Shown here in pieces: positions 51,146-63,425 of a DNA stretch of 64,000 nucleotides. The DNA lies in contig MU004190.1 of NCBI GenBank assembly GCA_010093605.1, positions 1-64,000 of the forward strand, read 5' to 3'. Numbering within the stretch: position 1 is the stretch's first letter; each line of letters begins with the position of its first letter. The notes below the pieces were generated by a model. It did no database searches. It saw nothing but the letters and a program-made list of their open reading frames with translations, and was not told where the DNA came from. The stretch is from Lophium mytilinum (taxonomy: Eukaryota). A program made the position numbers and the translations under genes.

Positions 51146-52887
51146 TCAAGCCTCAGCCTCTTCCTTGAACGTTGTCCCATTCTTCTCAATGACCTCATGC
51201 TTAGCGTGATCAATATGGATATCCTGCTGATAAATCGCGACCAAATCATCGTCTCCAAACATTTTCGCCACCTAGCGCGAACTATTAGCACTGATCTAGA
51301 AACGGAATAGACGTATAAACTTACCTCCTCAAGCGGCTTCCCAAGCGTATCCGGGTAGAGGAAGAACACAGTCGCGGCTCCAAACACCGACAAGCAAATA
51401 AAGACCAGGTAGTACTTCCAGCCAATATCTGCAATGGCAGTAGGCGCTAGCTCGAGCCAGAGAATATCAACCATACAGAAGCCGATGACGGCGAGAGTCA
51501 TCCCCTTGGCACGGAGGTGAGTTGGGAAGATCTCGGCTGGGTAGTACCAGGAAATGCCTTCTAAGAACATGTTGAAGGCTGCGAGGAAGAGAAAGAGGAA
51601 CGCGGCTGCAGCGGAGAGCCCAGCTTTGTTGCCAGTACCGAGGAATTTCGCCACGAGAGCGGTTTCGATGGAGAGAATGCAGGTCACGACAATGACACCG
51701 GTGCATAGCATGACGTTACGGGGAACACGGTCGACGTAGGTGAGGGAGATCAGGTTGCCTGCGATTGCGGCGAGGTAGATTCCAGCAAGGAGTTGGAGGG
51801 AGTCGCCGGGTCCGTAGCCGATACTGGCGAAAATCGAGGCAGCATAGGCTTGTCATGGGTCAGTTTTCATGCCTCTCATTGAGTCTTGAGATAAGGAAAC
51901 TTACTTGTGATGACGAGGTTTCCGGTAGTGTACATGATAACTGGAAGGAAGAACGCTAGAAGGGCACGCCTCCGGTACGAGGGTCGACGGAACATTTCGA
52001 TCCAAGATCCATCTAGTCCGCGGTCGAGGTCATGTTGGGACTTCATTTGATAGAACTCAGCAGTCGCAAACTCGTGGTCTGGGTCGTCTTTGGTCGTGTG
52101 TAGCTTCTTAACGATCTGCCACGCTTCATCGTTCCTGTCAACCGCGAGCAGCCAACGTGGTGACTCCGGGAGGAATGGCATCCAGCAAAGCAAAACGATG
52201 GCAGGAAAACAGCCGATGGCAAGGGGAGCACGCCATTGCGAGGATGTAGTAGTCTTGTAGTAGAAGAAGCCAATTCCAACGTAGGCTGCTAGAATGTAGC
52301 CGATCACACCGAAGAGGCCAACGATGCCACCAAGAATACTTCGGCCCTTGGGTGGGCAAAGCTCGATAACCCAGAGGGGCACCGAAAGGTAGAGCATATA
52401 CGATCTGCAGTTATAATCAGCTTTGTGGGTTGTCCTAAAGCAAAGACGTGCCATCATACCCAACACCGCAAAAAAATCGGAATGCAATGAACATTCCAAT
52501 GTTCACAGATCCTGCCAAACAGGCTGTGGAGATAATGTTGATGACTGCGCCAGTGCATACGGTGATTTTGCGACCAAAGCGATCGGCCATCCACGCGTTG
52601 AGTAGACACCCAAAAACGCCGCCCGCGTAGAAAAGGCCCGTCATAGTACCGATCAGGCTCTCTGCATGTTTATTGGTCGCTAGGCCCATATACATGATAA
52701 AAGATGGTTGTCCTAGAGCACGATTAGAACTCGTTGCCTGATTTGAACGATGATACTTACCCAGCGTCGTCCCAATGATGGATCCAGCGTATGAGTAGGT
52801 GATGGCACCCCATGAAATGCCGACGATGGCCCACACCAGGGCGGCCTGGTGATGGGTCTTGGTGTTATCAAAACTGACGGAATCCAT
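51146..52887 (-). CDS. MFS sugar-porter family transporter
   Basis: ADRFGRK, ELCPP..R, WRAPL, PESPRWL, YVDRVPR, EIFPTHLRAKG and PDT.GKPLEE; four introns. Confidence 0.93.
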
Positions 52888-54141
52888 GTTGTAGCTACAA
52901 TGCCTATTTATGACGGTTGCTTTGAGGATGTGAAAATTAAAAGACGCAGGCGCAAGAGTCGAGGGACCTGGTCAGTGGATTAATTCGAGGACGCAAGGAT
53001 CGGCACAGTCTACCACTCTTTAATAGCCCCTGTAGTGATACCAGAAGCTGGGGATGGGACGTCTCCGCGCCGTTCCCCAGGAGGCACAGCATGTGGGGCC
53101 TCCGGTAATGGAGAGAATCTTGTGGGGGTGGAGCCCTCAGAGTCAAATTCCGTTCGCTTAAGCAGGCCCTTAATGGCGGATTGACTTCGACCCATCTCTG
53201 ATTCGTTTCTCCGCAAACTTGCTAATCCAGGGCCCCATGGGCTTTTTCGGCAGGGTAGCCGTGCACGGCTGGGGAACATCACCTGAGGGTCAACATGTGA
53301 CAAATCCATCTGGGATGAGAGTCAGTGCTGCATCATTTCTCCACCACCAACTCTTGCTGCATCTCGATTGGCAAGATGCGTCCCTAGTACCTCGTACTCG
53401 CCAACACGAGCATGCGGGATGTATCATGGACGTCTCCATAGATCGCGGACGCTGCCTTTCTGAGTATGCCGACGTCGCTTAGGTACCCGTGAGTGACTTC
53501 ACACTCAACGATCGAGAATGATTAGTGTATGTCTTACCCAAAGACGCAGGAACCAAGCCTGAGTCACCTGATAACGCTAACATGACCGCCACGTGCTGAC
53601 CTCGTCTCCTCGCTGCTGGACCAGAGCCTAGATCCCCAAGAAATGGCACCGCATCGAGATTCAAGACATCCATGTACCATCGTTACCTAGGAATACACCG
53701 CCACAAAGCTATAATTGGGTCTTTGAGCAAGAGGTTCCCAACCAAGCCTCAAATTGCAAGCATCCACATCCCTCCAAATCTTCATCAGCAATCCAAACAT
53801 ACCATCCGCCCCTTCCGAAGACCCGGCTCAGATTACCACCAACGAACGAGAACCCGAATAGCCAAGGCACCGCATCCACGATCCGGGAGCTTCCATAACC
53901 ATGGATCATGGGTGCGGGGTCTTGCAGTTTGCTCCGGAATTCCAACGGCCGACCACCACTAGGTGCCCCTCAAATCCCGGCACCACCGAAGCCAACACTG
54001 AGCATTCCGGGATAGCTTGAGCGAGCTCCAAACTTTTCGAAATTGAGTAAACGAGTAAGCAGCAACACTTTATTCAATTTCTGCCAGTATACCCTTCTCA
54101 ATTAATACCCCTTCTCTTCGTTCTCCCTCACCACGACCATC

Positions 54142-54921
54142 ATGCCCGTCGCCATCGTCACAGGCGCCTCCCGCGGCATCGGCCGCGCCATCGCCATCCG
54201 CCTCGCCTCGGACGGCTTCAGCGTCGTCGTAAACGACATCGTCCCCCAGAAATCACTCATCGACGAAGTCATCGCCGAGATAAAAGCTGCCGGCCACGAA
54301 GCCCACGGCGTGACGGCCGACGTGAGCAACGAAGCGCAGGTGCAAGCCATGGTCGACGAAACCGTCGCCAAATACGGCGAGCTCAACGTCATCGTCGCGA
54401 ACGCCGGGATCCTAGAAACCTCAACGCTGCTGGAAATGACGGTTGAGAAGTGGGACCGCACGTATGCGATTAATACGCGCGGCGTGTTTCTGTGCTGGAC
54501 GATTGCAGCGAAGCAGATGATTAAGCAGGGACATGGCGGAAAGCTGGTTGCTGCGTGCTCGATTTCGGGGTACCGGCCGTCGGGGAAGGCGCCGGCGTAC
54601 TGCAGCTCGAAGTGGGCGGTGAGGGGGTTGACACAGACGGCGGCGCTGGAGTTTGGGCAGTATGGGATTACGTGCAATTCGTACTGCCCCGGGTCGGTGA
54701 AGACGGATATGAGTCGTGTGTTTGCGGAGAGGTTGGCGGCGGATAAGGGGCTGAAGGATGTGGAGGAGGTGTATAAGACGAGCTCGCATAGGACGAATGC
54801 GATTCAGCATGAGTTGTTTCCGGAAGATATTGCGGGTTTGGTAAGTTTCTTGAGTGGGAAGGATAGCAATCGCATGACAGGGCAGAGTATCATTTGTGAT
54901 GGCGGGATTTACTTCTCATAG
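54142..54921 (+). CDS. Short-chain dehydrogenase (acetoin/diacetyl reductase-like)
   Basis: TGASRGIG, ANAG, YCSSKWAVRGLTQ and TGQSI..DGG; intronless. Confidence 0.93.
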   Translation: MPVAIVTGASRGIGRAIAIRLASDGFSVVVNDIVPQKSLIDEVIAEIKAAGHEAHGVTADVSNEAQVQAMVDETVAKYGELNVIVANAGILETSTLLEMTVEKWDRTYAINTRGVFLCWTIAAKQMIKQGHGGKLVAACSISGYRPSGKAPAYCSSKWAVRGLTQTAALEFGQYGITCNSYCPGSVKTDMSRVFAERLAADKGLKDVEEVYKTSSHRTNAIQHELFPEDIAGLVSFLSGKDSNRMTGQSIICDGGIYFS

Positions 54922-55164
54922 AGCTGCTATTACTTCTGGGAAGAGGGGAGGGAGACTATTCAGGATGAATCTGAGGCAGTCACGTAGAAGCATTATACAT
55001 AGTAAAATACCATGAAATGATACACGTTCAGGATTCAATTATGATTCGCCGTCAATATTCAATCTCGCTACTACCAGGGACTAAACATAGGCATGCACTT
55101 ATAATATGAAGTTCAAATCTTTTCAAATTCAGGCTATAACGAATGCTATGGACCTCCTCTTGCT

Positions 55165-56130
55165 TCAGTGATACACCACATCTCCCACCCTCTGCGGCCT
55201 CTCCTGCACCCACATCAAAAACAACGGCTCGTCTCCATGATTCCTTACCCCTCTCACCGCACAACCTGGCACATACACCCCGTCCAGCCTCCTTATCTCC
55301 TCCCTCCACTTCCCTTTACTCTCTTCCGCAAAGTTGATCAACCCCTTCCCTTTCATAACCACCAAAGTCTCAGCATCTTTCTGCGAATACGGCACGCTCT
55401 TCTGCCCCGGCATCACCACCGTCATGCCAATCCCACACTTCTCACTCACCGCCGCGACCCCCGGATTATAATTCTCATACCCCTCCTCCTCCCTCCCCGC
55501 CACCCACGACACGACCCAGCGCATCCACTCCACCTCCTTCGCCTTAAACGGCGCATACGACGGTTCCAAATCCGCAAACCTTACAATCGTAATATCCGGC
55601 TGCGGCGGATAATCCGCCGGCACCACCCCATCCATGAAATACTGACTCGTCCCAATCTTCTCAATCCCATCATGCACCCACACCAACTCGCAATCCTCAC
55701 TCCCGCAGTTCCGCACCCCATGCGGCACGCCCTTCGGGATATACATGCAATCCAACGGGCCCGCGCGATGCGGATGGCCCGTGTGGTCGTACCCTTCCAA
55801 TTCGCCTTTCAGGATCACGTAGATCTCGGTGACGGAGTGGTAGTGCAGCCCTTTCTGGCGCTGGCCAACGGGAAGCGACATGAGCCCGACGACAGATTTG
55901 TCGCTGGCGATGGCGGCGTCCCGCGATGGGTTGACGTATCCCGCGGGCCCGCCGACCCAGGAGATTAGCCAGCGCATGAAGCCGGGTTCTTTGGCGCCGG
56001 GGACGTGCCATTGGGGCTCGAGGTCGGCATAGCGGATTATCGAGGCTGTGGTGGGGTTGATGATTTGCTTGGTGGTGATGGTTGTGCCGGCGTTTTCAGG
56101 CTCGTGAAGCTCGATGGTGGAGGGGGCCAT
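55165..56130 (-). CDS. Bicupin (RmlC-like) protein
   Basis: Internal duplication (IRYADLEP..MRWLISWVGG / VRFADLEP..MRWVVSWVAG). The N-terminal domain has HYH..EIY and IP.G.PH metal motifs. Intronless. Confidence 0.88.
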   Translation of the reverse strand: MAPSTIELHEPENAGTTITTKQIINPTTASIIRYADLEPQWHVPGAKEPGFMRWLISWVGGPAGYVNPSRDAAIASDKSVVGLMSLPVGQRQKGLHYHSVTEIYVILKGELEGYDHTGHPHRAGPLDCMYIPKGVPHGVRNCGSEDCELVWVHDGIEKIGTSQYFMDGVVPADYPPQPDITIVRFADLEPSYAPFKAKEVEWMRWVVSWVAGREEEGYENYNPGVAAVSEKCGIGMTVVMPGQKSVPYSQKDAETLVVMKGKGLINFAEESKGKWREEIRRLDGVYVPGCAVRGVRNHGDEPLFLMWVQERPQRVGDVVYH

Positions 56131-56673
56131 AGTAGCGGGTAGTGGAGGTCGTGAGGGGGTTGGTGGGAGGTGGGTGAGGTTGTAGAGAAGAAGAATACGG
56201 GAGAGCTAGGATGGGTTCGTACTTGGCAGAGACACGGTGGAGTGGAGGGTCGAAGCGCACGGGGGAGTGGTGGATGGACAAGCGGACGCAGTGCCCGGAA
56301 AGGGTAACATTTACATTTACATACTCAACGGCAATGGCAAGTGCCAAAAGCACCCGACCTTCGATGATCCCACTAAGTGACTGTGCTAGCTACCCCACAC
56401 CTGCCGTGCCAGCCGTTGACAAGGTGAAGGATGAGGGGCAGCGCGGAGCTCTCGAAGCATGCCTGCTCAAGAAAGAAACGCTGCAAAAGTTCCGGCTCAT
56501 TTCCGAAAACGCCACGCCTGTCCGATCCCGGATGCGGGACAATTGATCGGCGGATCTGACCACTAAGAAAAGCGCTGAACATGATTGGAACAAAAGACTT
56601 CCAGAACGTGACATCGAACGGGAGTGATATTGACATTGCAAATAGTATTGAATCACTGAAGCGGACGCAGAGT

Positions 56674-59600
56674 TCACTGCTGAAGTCCGCCAACATCGAA
56701 AAGACGCCGCAATTCATCGTCGACCCAGAATCCATCGATTTCTTCACCTCCAGTGCCTCTTACCATGCTAGGCTCGTTGGTGGTAGAGAAACCGTTGATC
56801 AGCTGGTTCAGCATATCGTCGTCCCCTTCCATCGTGTTTTGATTAAAGAAGTCGGAGATGTGCGGCATTATGGTATCAAATTGCAGCTCCTTTGGTGTAG
56901 TGTCCAGAAGTTCAGCACCGTGGAATTTCAGTATTGCGCGTTTCGCAGTTTCGATGATGCGGTATAACCGTCGTAGTGTATGACGAGCGAGAGTAAAGTT
57001 GGAGGACATGTCGTTGAATGTGCTTAGGCCCTTCTTGAATGATTCAATTGCTTTGGTGCGCGTCTCAGGGGGGTTGTCTGCTTTTACAATGATGCAAACA
57101 AGGTTCAGAAGCGGGGCCACGGAGTAGAATACTGAAGAAAAGCGCCCGGTAGGTCTGTCGAGGTTGCGCGAGTGATAGGCGTGTAATGCGTCGATTGTGG
57201 TCGATGCGATGGAGACGACTTCGTCAGCTGTCTCTTCGCTATAAGCCAAGCTGAGAATGCTTTCCTGCCGAAGTATCAACCTGAGTTGGTTCATTCGCAG
57301 GTGCAAAATGACGGTTTGCCGGAGGACATATGACGGGACGCTCCCCGGCGTATCAAGTCGCTCAAGGTTTTTCGCATACTGCAGGTGAGGCGGTATTTGG
57401 CTGATGGCGTACTGAACCCGTGCATCCATCGATGCAACAAACTCTTGACTGGCAGGCTTTGGTGCACTCGTCGCGAACACGGAGTCCCAGATCTCGGCAC
57501 ACATCTTGCCCCACTTTATAGCAGAACACAGATATGGGCCAGATGAGCGCTCTGGGTTCTCTGCTGGCAGCGGCCTATCAGGGAACATGAATTTGTCTTC
57601 GTAGCCCTTTGGAAGATCAACTCTGAAGTCAGTGTCTCGAATCAAGTATGGCGACCCGTTGTTGAACGCAATGTTTCGTTCCAAGTAGTAAATCGTCCAA
57701 AAGATCCTTTGTCGCATTGCAATCTCAAAAGGAGTACATTCTTTCCAGGAGGTTTGGTCATGGAGACCTAGCTGAAAGCACAGCCGGACGACCTTCGCCA
57801 TGGTATCGTAGGCCCCATCGGATTTCTCGATATAGAGAAGATATCGAGCCTTGATCAAAAGGCACTGAATGGTGAGCATATTGCCATTACCGAGCCACGT
57901 GAGGCGGTTCAATATGCTCTCTGCCCTGCAAAACTCATCCCAAGCTGGCACGAGGCTGGAGTCCGACCAATCGTCACTCAGCAACTTGACTTCAGCGTGC
58001 ATCAAGTTGATGAGAGCAATGAATTGAGGCAAGTCGGCTGTCTCGATTTCGGAGGTATTGTTGGACAAAAAGCGGTCAAAGTCGGCACGAAACTGGTTCT
58101 CATTCAAACTCGGGTAGTGTGGGTTCATGTGCGAGAAGTAGATGTCGATGTAGTGCCGTAATGATGCAACGTCGCCTAAGCGGGTTTCCTTTTCGAACGC
58201 CTCGATCGTCTTATTGCCTCCGGGTGATAGATTGGTCCAGTAGACTGATTTGACATTCTCGACATCCTTATTGTCAGGAGTTGGCTCGCCGTGCTGCTCT
58301 TCGTCGTGGCATGCAACAACGCGATTCACGACCTCGATTGGGGTGAATAGACATGTTGCGCCGTGGAACTGTTCGCTTTCGGGTATACTGGTCGCACTAG
58401 TAGTAGATCCGCTGGGAGAGCTTGAATCGTTTTCTTGCGATGGAGATTGCTGGTCGTTGTTGATAGAAAGGTGGCTCTTGAGCATGTTTCGGTCTCGTTC
58501 TAGACTGGTAATGCGGGCCATCATCTGTAGTACTTTCTCAGAGAGATTCGCTGCTTCGTCCGGTAAGGTTACACCGTTGAGCTGTGGCCTTGCAGCGTCC
58601 AGGCTGTTCGATATTAGTTCAAAGCCTGGCTCTTGTAGGTGGGATGGGAGAGCATACGAGGGCCTATCATCTCTCGATCCTGCGGTCTTCCTTCGTTTCC
58701 TGCCGTGGTTGTATACGCACTGGAGCTCGGCGGAGCGACATTGAAGACACGTCTCTTCTCCTGAGCACTTGACTTTGCGCTTTTGGCAGTTGACACTGGA
58801 CACTACCGTTAGCTGTGGTTATTACTCGAGCAATCACAGGGCTCCTAATCGTGAAAGGTCTCATCTTGTTCCCAAGGGCCCGCGGCAGACGAGCCAAGCA
58901 AAACTATGGAAAGTGCTCACCAGGCATTCGACACGTATCGTCCCCGTTTGTTGGCTGGTTTTCGTGCTTTTGGAGACGGCTCTTCGTTGATGGAGATGAT
59001 AGAAAGCGTCCGCTGCGGGGCCTGGCTGTCTTGATCTTGGGACCGCCACCCCTCCCATCGCAGCTGCTCGTCGTGATTCTGAGTAAACTGGGTAAGGATT
59101 CCGGCTGCATCCTGGTCCGATTGGCTCGGGAAGAAGGAGTTGGAGGAGTTCTGGGTGAGGGCTGGATCTATATGACTGGGTTCGCAAAAGATGCCGGAAG
59201 AGACGGCCGATAGTCGGCGGTCCACGCTTTGATCGTTATTCAGCGCAAGAGGATCCGCATCCGGTGAAGGCCAAGGCGCCGCGTTCTTAGTGCTGCCAGC
59301 TGTTGACTGCCGACGGGGGGTTTCGAAGACACACTCGGTCCCCATTCCGGAGCATCTTTCGCAGCGGGGACCGCCGCTGCATTTGAGTTTCAGCTCGTTG
59401 CATGTCTCGCAAGTACGCTTCGTGTTCTTGGTTCTGTCCTCAAGCGCGTTCGGGCTCTGCTTGGCGGCTCGACATGACTGGTGGTGGCGCAGGAGCACGT
59501 CGCTGCAGGTCACGTTATGAGCGGATGTATCGGATCAAGGGGAACAAGGCTGCTCACCGTCGCGCAAACCGTTTGCCGCAGTACTGACAGGGGTGCGGTT

Positions 59601-59718
59601 TTGGGCTGTGGCCGCGATGGAGGGAGGTGATATGGCGTTGGAGGTGCTCGAGCCGCGTGAAGCGGGCATTGCACTCGCGACAGGCGTGCGGCGCAGGATC
59701 AACGAGATCGGAGGCCAT
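56674..59718 (-). CDS. Hybrid transcription factor: C2H2 + C2HC fingers, two Zn2Cys6 clusters and a fungal TF domain (about 954 aa)
   Basis: Exons 59718-59558, 59502-58921 and 58795-56674 (GT-AG introns; 2865 nt in frame) join ORFs 59554..59871, 58917..59513 and 56674..58803. Confidence 0.88.
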
Positions 59719-60389
59719 GCTTTTTCGACGAGTGAGCGGGAGATGCTGGTTTGCGGTTGGGTGTGTAAGGGGGGAGAAGGCTGATGGTTGGGGCGCAACC
59801 ACTATGACAGAATTGCCATCACCGTCGACGGACGACATTTGTAGAGAGTTTAGAGGTTCTGGTAGAGGCAAAATACATGCGAGCTTGGGTCACATTAAGC
59901 CGGCGACGGGGGCTCTCTGCGCTTTATTAAGTCGGCCCTCCGCCTGGACCGACGGCTGGCTCGCCCTTTAGCTCTTCCCCGCATACCGCCAAAATCACCC
60001 CGGACTTTGGCACCCTACAACCCAGCCATCACTACGCAGGACCCGCCACTGTCCTGGCTATTGGCTGATGGCGACGACCAGGCCAGACGATCTGACCGAT
60101 CTTAGCTTTGGCACACCCGGTCATGCGGACTGACATTCATCTTTCAGACAAAGAGCATTGGCAACGTCATCTCCACTCTGCTAGGACTGGTTACTGCATC
60201 TCGCTTCAGGAGGCCTCACAATATGTAGACGATCACTCCGGAGCATCCGAAGTTGTATCTAAAGCCTGCGTCTCATAACCCTCTATGTCATGTAGATTCG
60301 GGGAAATCTGCTGAGCGCTCTTGAGCAGCGGCGAAGAAGTATGCACGCTTCTAACAAGGCACTGTGGTCTCTTTATTTCACCTTCTTCT

Positions 60390-61215
60390 CTATGAACCCC
60401 CGCTAGCCATCAAACACTGCCCCGTGATGAAGCTTGATAAGTCGCTCAGTAGAAAGAGGATGGGGTTTGCAATGTCATCGGGCTTTCCAATCCGCTGAAG
60501 AGGAATTGTCTTCGCCACCAAGTCCAACAGCTCGTCGTCAGTCTTGTTCCCGCCAAACCTAGGTCCCATCACTGTTTGTAGTGGGCTTCGAGACATCTGA
60601 GTATCGGTAGGACCTAGACGCTTCAATTAGCCTAGAAGAAGAACGTGAGGCCTTGAAAGAGCTACCTGGACCAACGAGATTCACTCTGATGCCATACTTC
60701 GCATGATCCAGCGCCCACGTCTTGGTCAAGCCAGCAACGGCATGTTTCGAGGACGTATACGCCGGTATCCGTGGAACTCCTACCAAGGTCGACGTACTCC
60801 CAATATTTACCACCGCACCAGCGCCTTGCTTCTTCATCTGCGGAAAGGCTTCGAAGGCCATATTCCAGGTACCCGTAACATTCACAGCGTAAACCTTCTC
60901 GAAAAGATCATCAGGCGGTGCCTCGCCCTCCAGCAGACAAATCCCCGCATTGTTGACCAGCCCATCTAGCCGTTCGCGCTTTGCGACAATGGAAGCCACA
61001 GCAGCGGCGCATTGCTTGCGGTCGACCACGTCGCACTGTATGTACCCAAGTCGCTCTTGAGGGAGACCAGCTAACTCTTTGCTCTGTTCTGCAGCCAAGT
61101 CCAGTGCGTAGACATATGCGCCATAGTTGATCAACTGCGCAACCACAGCGAATCCAATGCCCACCGCGCCACCCGTCACGGCGTAGACCTTTGATTCGAA
61201 GAGCTGGGGGTCCAT
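60390..61215 (-). CDS. Short-chain dehydrogenase/reductase
   Basis: TGGAVGIG, NNAG, YTSSKHAV, GIRVN and SSFITGQ; one intron near 60613-60665. Confidence 0.93.
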
Positions 61216-61891
61216 GATGGCGGGGATTGAATCAGTTACTAAGTATCAACGGCCGAAATTGGCCTCTCCTGATGAACATACGACGGCCTTGTATTCGCAG
61301 GCACTGATATTACAGAGTCTTAGCACTAGCGATTTCCTTCCGGGTTCCAAGGTTCCGCCGAACGCATCAGACTGTCAGAACTGTCCGTGGTCTGCTGCAC
61401 TTGCGGGCTTCTCCGTGTCTCCACACCCTCCCCCAGCTTTCTCCGCATGAATTTCGACCCAAGGGTGATCTGGGCCGGTAGGTGGAGCAACGCATGTGGA
61501 GGTGAGGTTGGTTAGCCGGAATTCTTACTGTGCTCTTTCCGACGCACCCTCGCCACCTTAGCCGATGTGGGGGAACATGAATCGTGCGCACGTGGCGGCG
61601 ACGCACGGGGCGTTCCGCGTTTCTGGGGTTTTGGTAGCGCTAGGGCATGCATGCAGGTGAGGTGGTATCCAATCGGAATCCAAGGGGGTCTACCAGGGGG
61701 CGCGTCGACTGAAGTGGCGCGTGAGTGGTGAAGACTCTACACAGCATACCAACGGAACACGAATACCGCTGAGACTCGAATGCCGGTGGTCGCGGTATGA
61801 GATGGAGTCCCCCGCTGTTGAGGGCGAGAGCGCAGTCTTAGAGTCCTCTCCTCCTATCTATTGAAGCTTCACATAGCGTATTTTTGCGAGG

Positions 61892-62818
61892 ATGGACTTT
61901 CCCGGCGTCGCATTGATCACAGGGGCAGCATCTGGTATTCAAACTCTCAATCTTACGACGAACGTGTAGACTCATCATCTCGTAACAATGCTCCTAGGAA
62001 TCGGCCGCGAAACTGCCCTCCTCTACGCTAAAGAAGGCTGCAAATCCCTTACAATCGCTGACCTCAATGCCGCTGGCCTTGAGGAGACTAAGACGAAAAT
62101 CGGAGCCATCAACCCTGACGCCAAGGTCCGAATAGCCGTGTGCAATGTCACAGATGAAGCTTCCGTACAGAGCATGGTGGACGGCACTGTTGAGGAATTC
62201 GGGCGCCTCGACTATGCCGCCAATGTAGCAGGAATGATATTGCTGGGCGTGCAGACGGCAGACATGAGCACCGACTTCTTTGAGAAGCATTATCAGGTCA
62301 ATCTACGGGGACTATTTTTCTGCGAAAGGGCAGAGTTGCGGGCTATGCTGAAGCAGGAGCCGATTACGACAAAGGACTCGAAGTATCCTGCGAGGGGGGC
62401 TATTGTAAATGTTTCGTCTATGTCGGGACTGGTGGCTTCGCCGGATATCCCTGCATATGCTACTAGCAAATTCGGAGTCGTTGGACTAACGAAGTCTGTA
62501 AGTATTCAAGTGCTAACGAAGCAGGAAATCACGGGAGATGTTGGCTGATGTTCTCTTCAGGATGGTATGAACTACGGCTCAAAGCTCATCAGAGTCAATT
62601 CAGTTGCACCTGGGGCAGTTGCGACCCCTATATTAGCCAACTCTGGCAACAAAGCATCCGCAACACCGCTGAAGGATTCAGCGGCAATGGATAACGCCTT
62701 AGGGCGCTTCGCAGACCCAGAAGAGGTGGCGCAATGCATCGTCTGGCTCACGAGTGGCCGAGCCAGCTACGTAACTGCTTCAACCGTGGTCGCAAATGGG
62801 GGACAGCTTGGAGGATAG
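61892..62818 (+). CDS. Short-chain dehydrogenase/reductase
   Basis: ITGAAS|GIG, NVAG, VNVSS, YATSKFGV and IRVNSVAPG; two introns. Confidence 0.93.
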
Positions 62819-63425
62819 TTCTTCAATACCATGACTTTCTCGAGTCGTTCCTGAGCTTCGAGATAACACAATAATCCCCCAATCCACTTTTTACAAGCTC
62901 CAAAATACATGTAAATAGGCTCCTATGCTTTTGTTCCGTATCCTTATCGTACCCGCTGTGCCGCTCTTGAATGCACCACAGCTTGCCCATATTCGTCCAT
63001 TCCACAATGTTTGTGCTTTCAAATCAGATGATTTTCTACTAGCTCTTTATTGGCCATTCCTGCATCTCGACCCCGCACGCACTAGTGACTCCGACATTCT
63101 TGGCTATCTCACCGGGGCACGACGGGGGTCGACATGAAGCATCTCTCTCACGGAAAATCTGCAATTCAACACAGAGACACCCACAGCGTCACGGATTGGC
63201 GCCTCCCCACCTCTAATAGCCATTCTGCGGTGGGGAAAGCCCTTCTTTTCATTGTCCTGCGAGCTCGAGGGCCAAAATGCCGTGATTCCGAATGCCGTTG
63301 AGAGCGGCCGGTGGGAGGAGGCAGGACGGAGAGAACGTTTGGCGGACGTTAACACGTAGACAGCCCGCTGTTGTGTCTGGCTCTTTACCTCCCTCTTTTC
63401 TGTGTGTGGTATCGGTAGGTTGACA

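Noticed and set aside
52937..53962. Several short ORFs between the sugar porter and the SDR
   Set aside because: No consistent frame, splice pattern or motif; best read as a divergent promoter.
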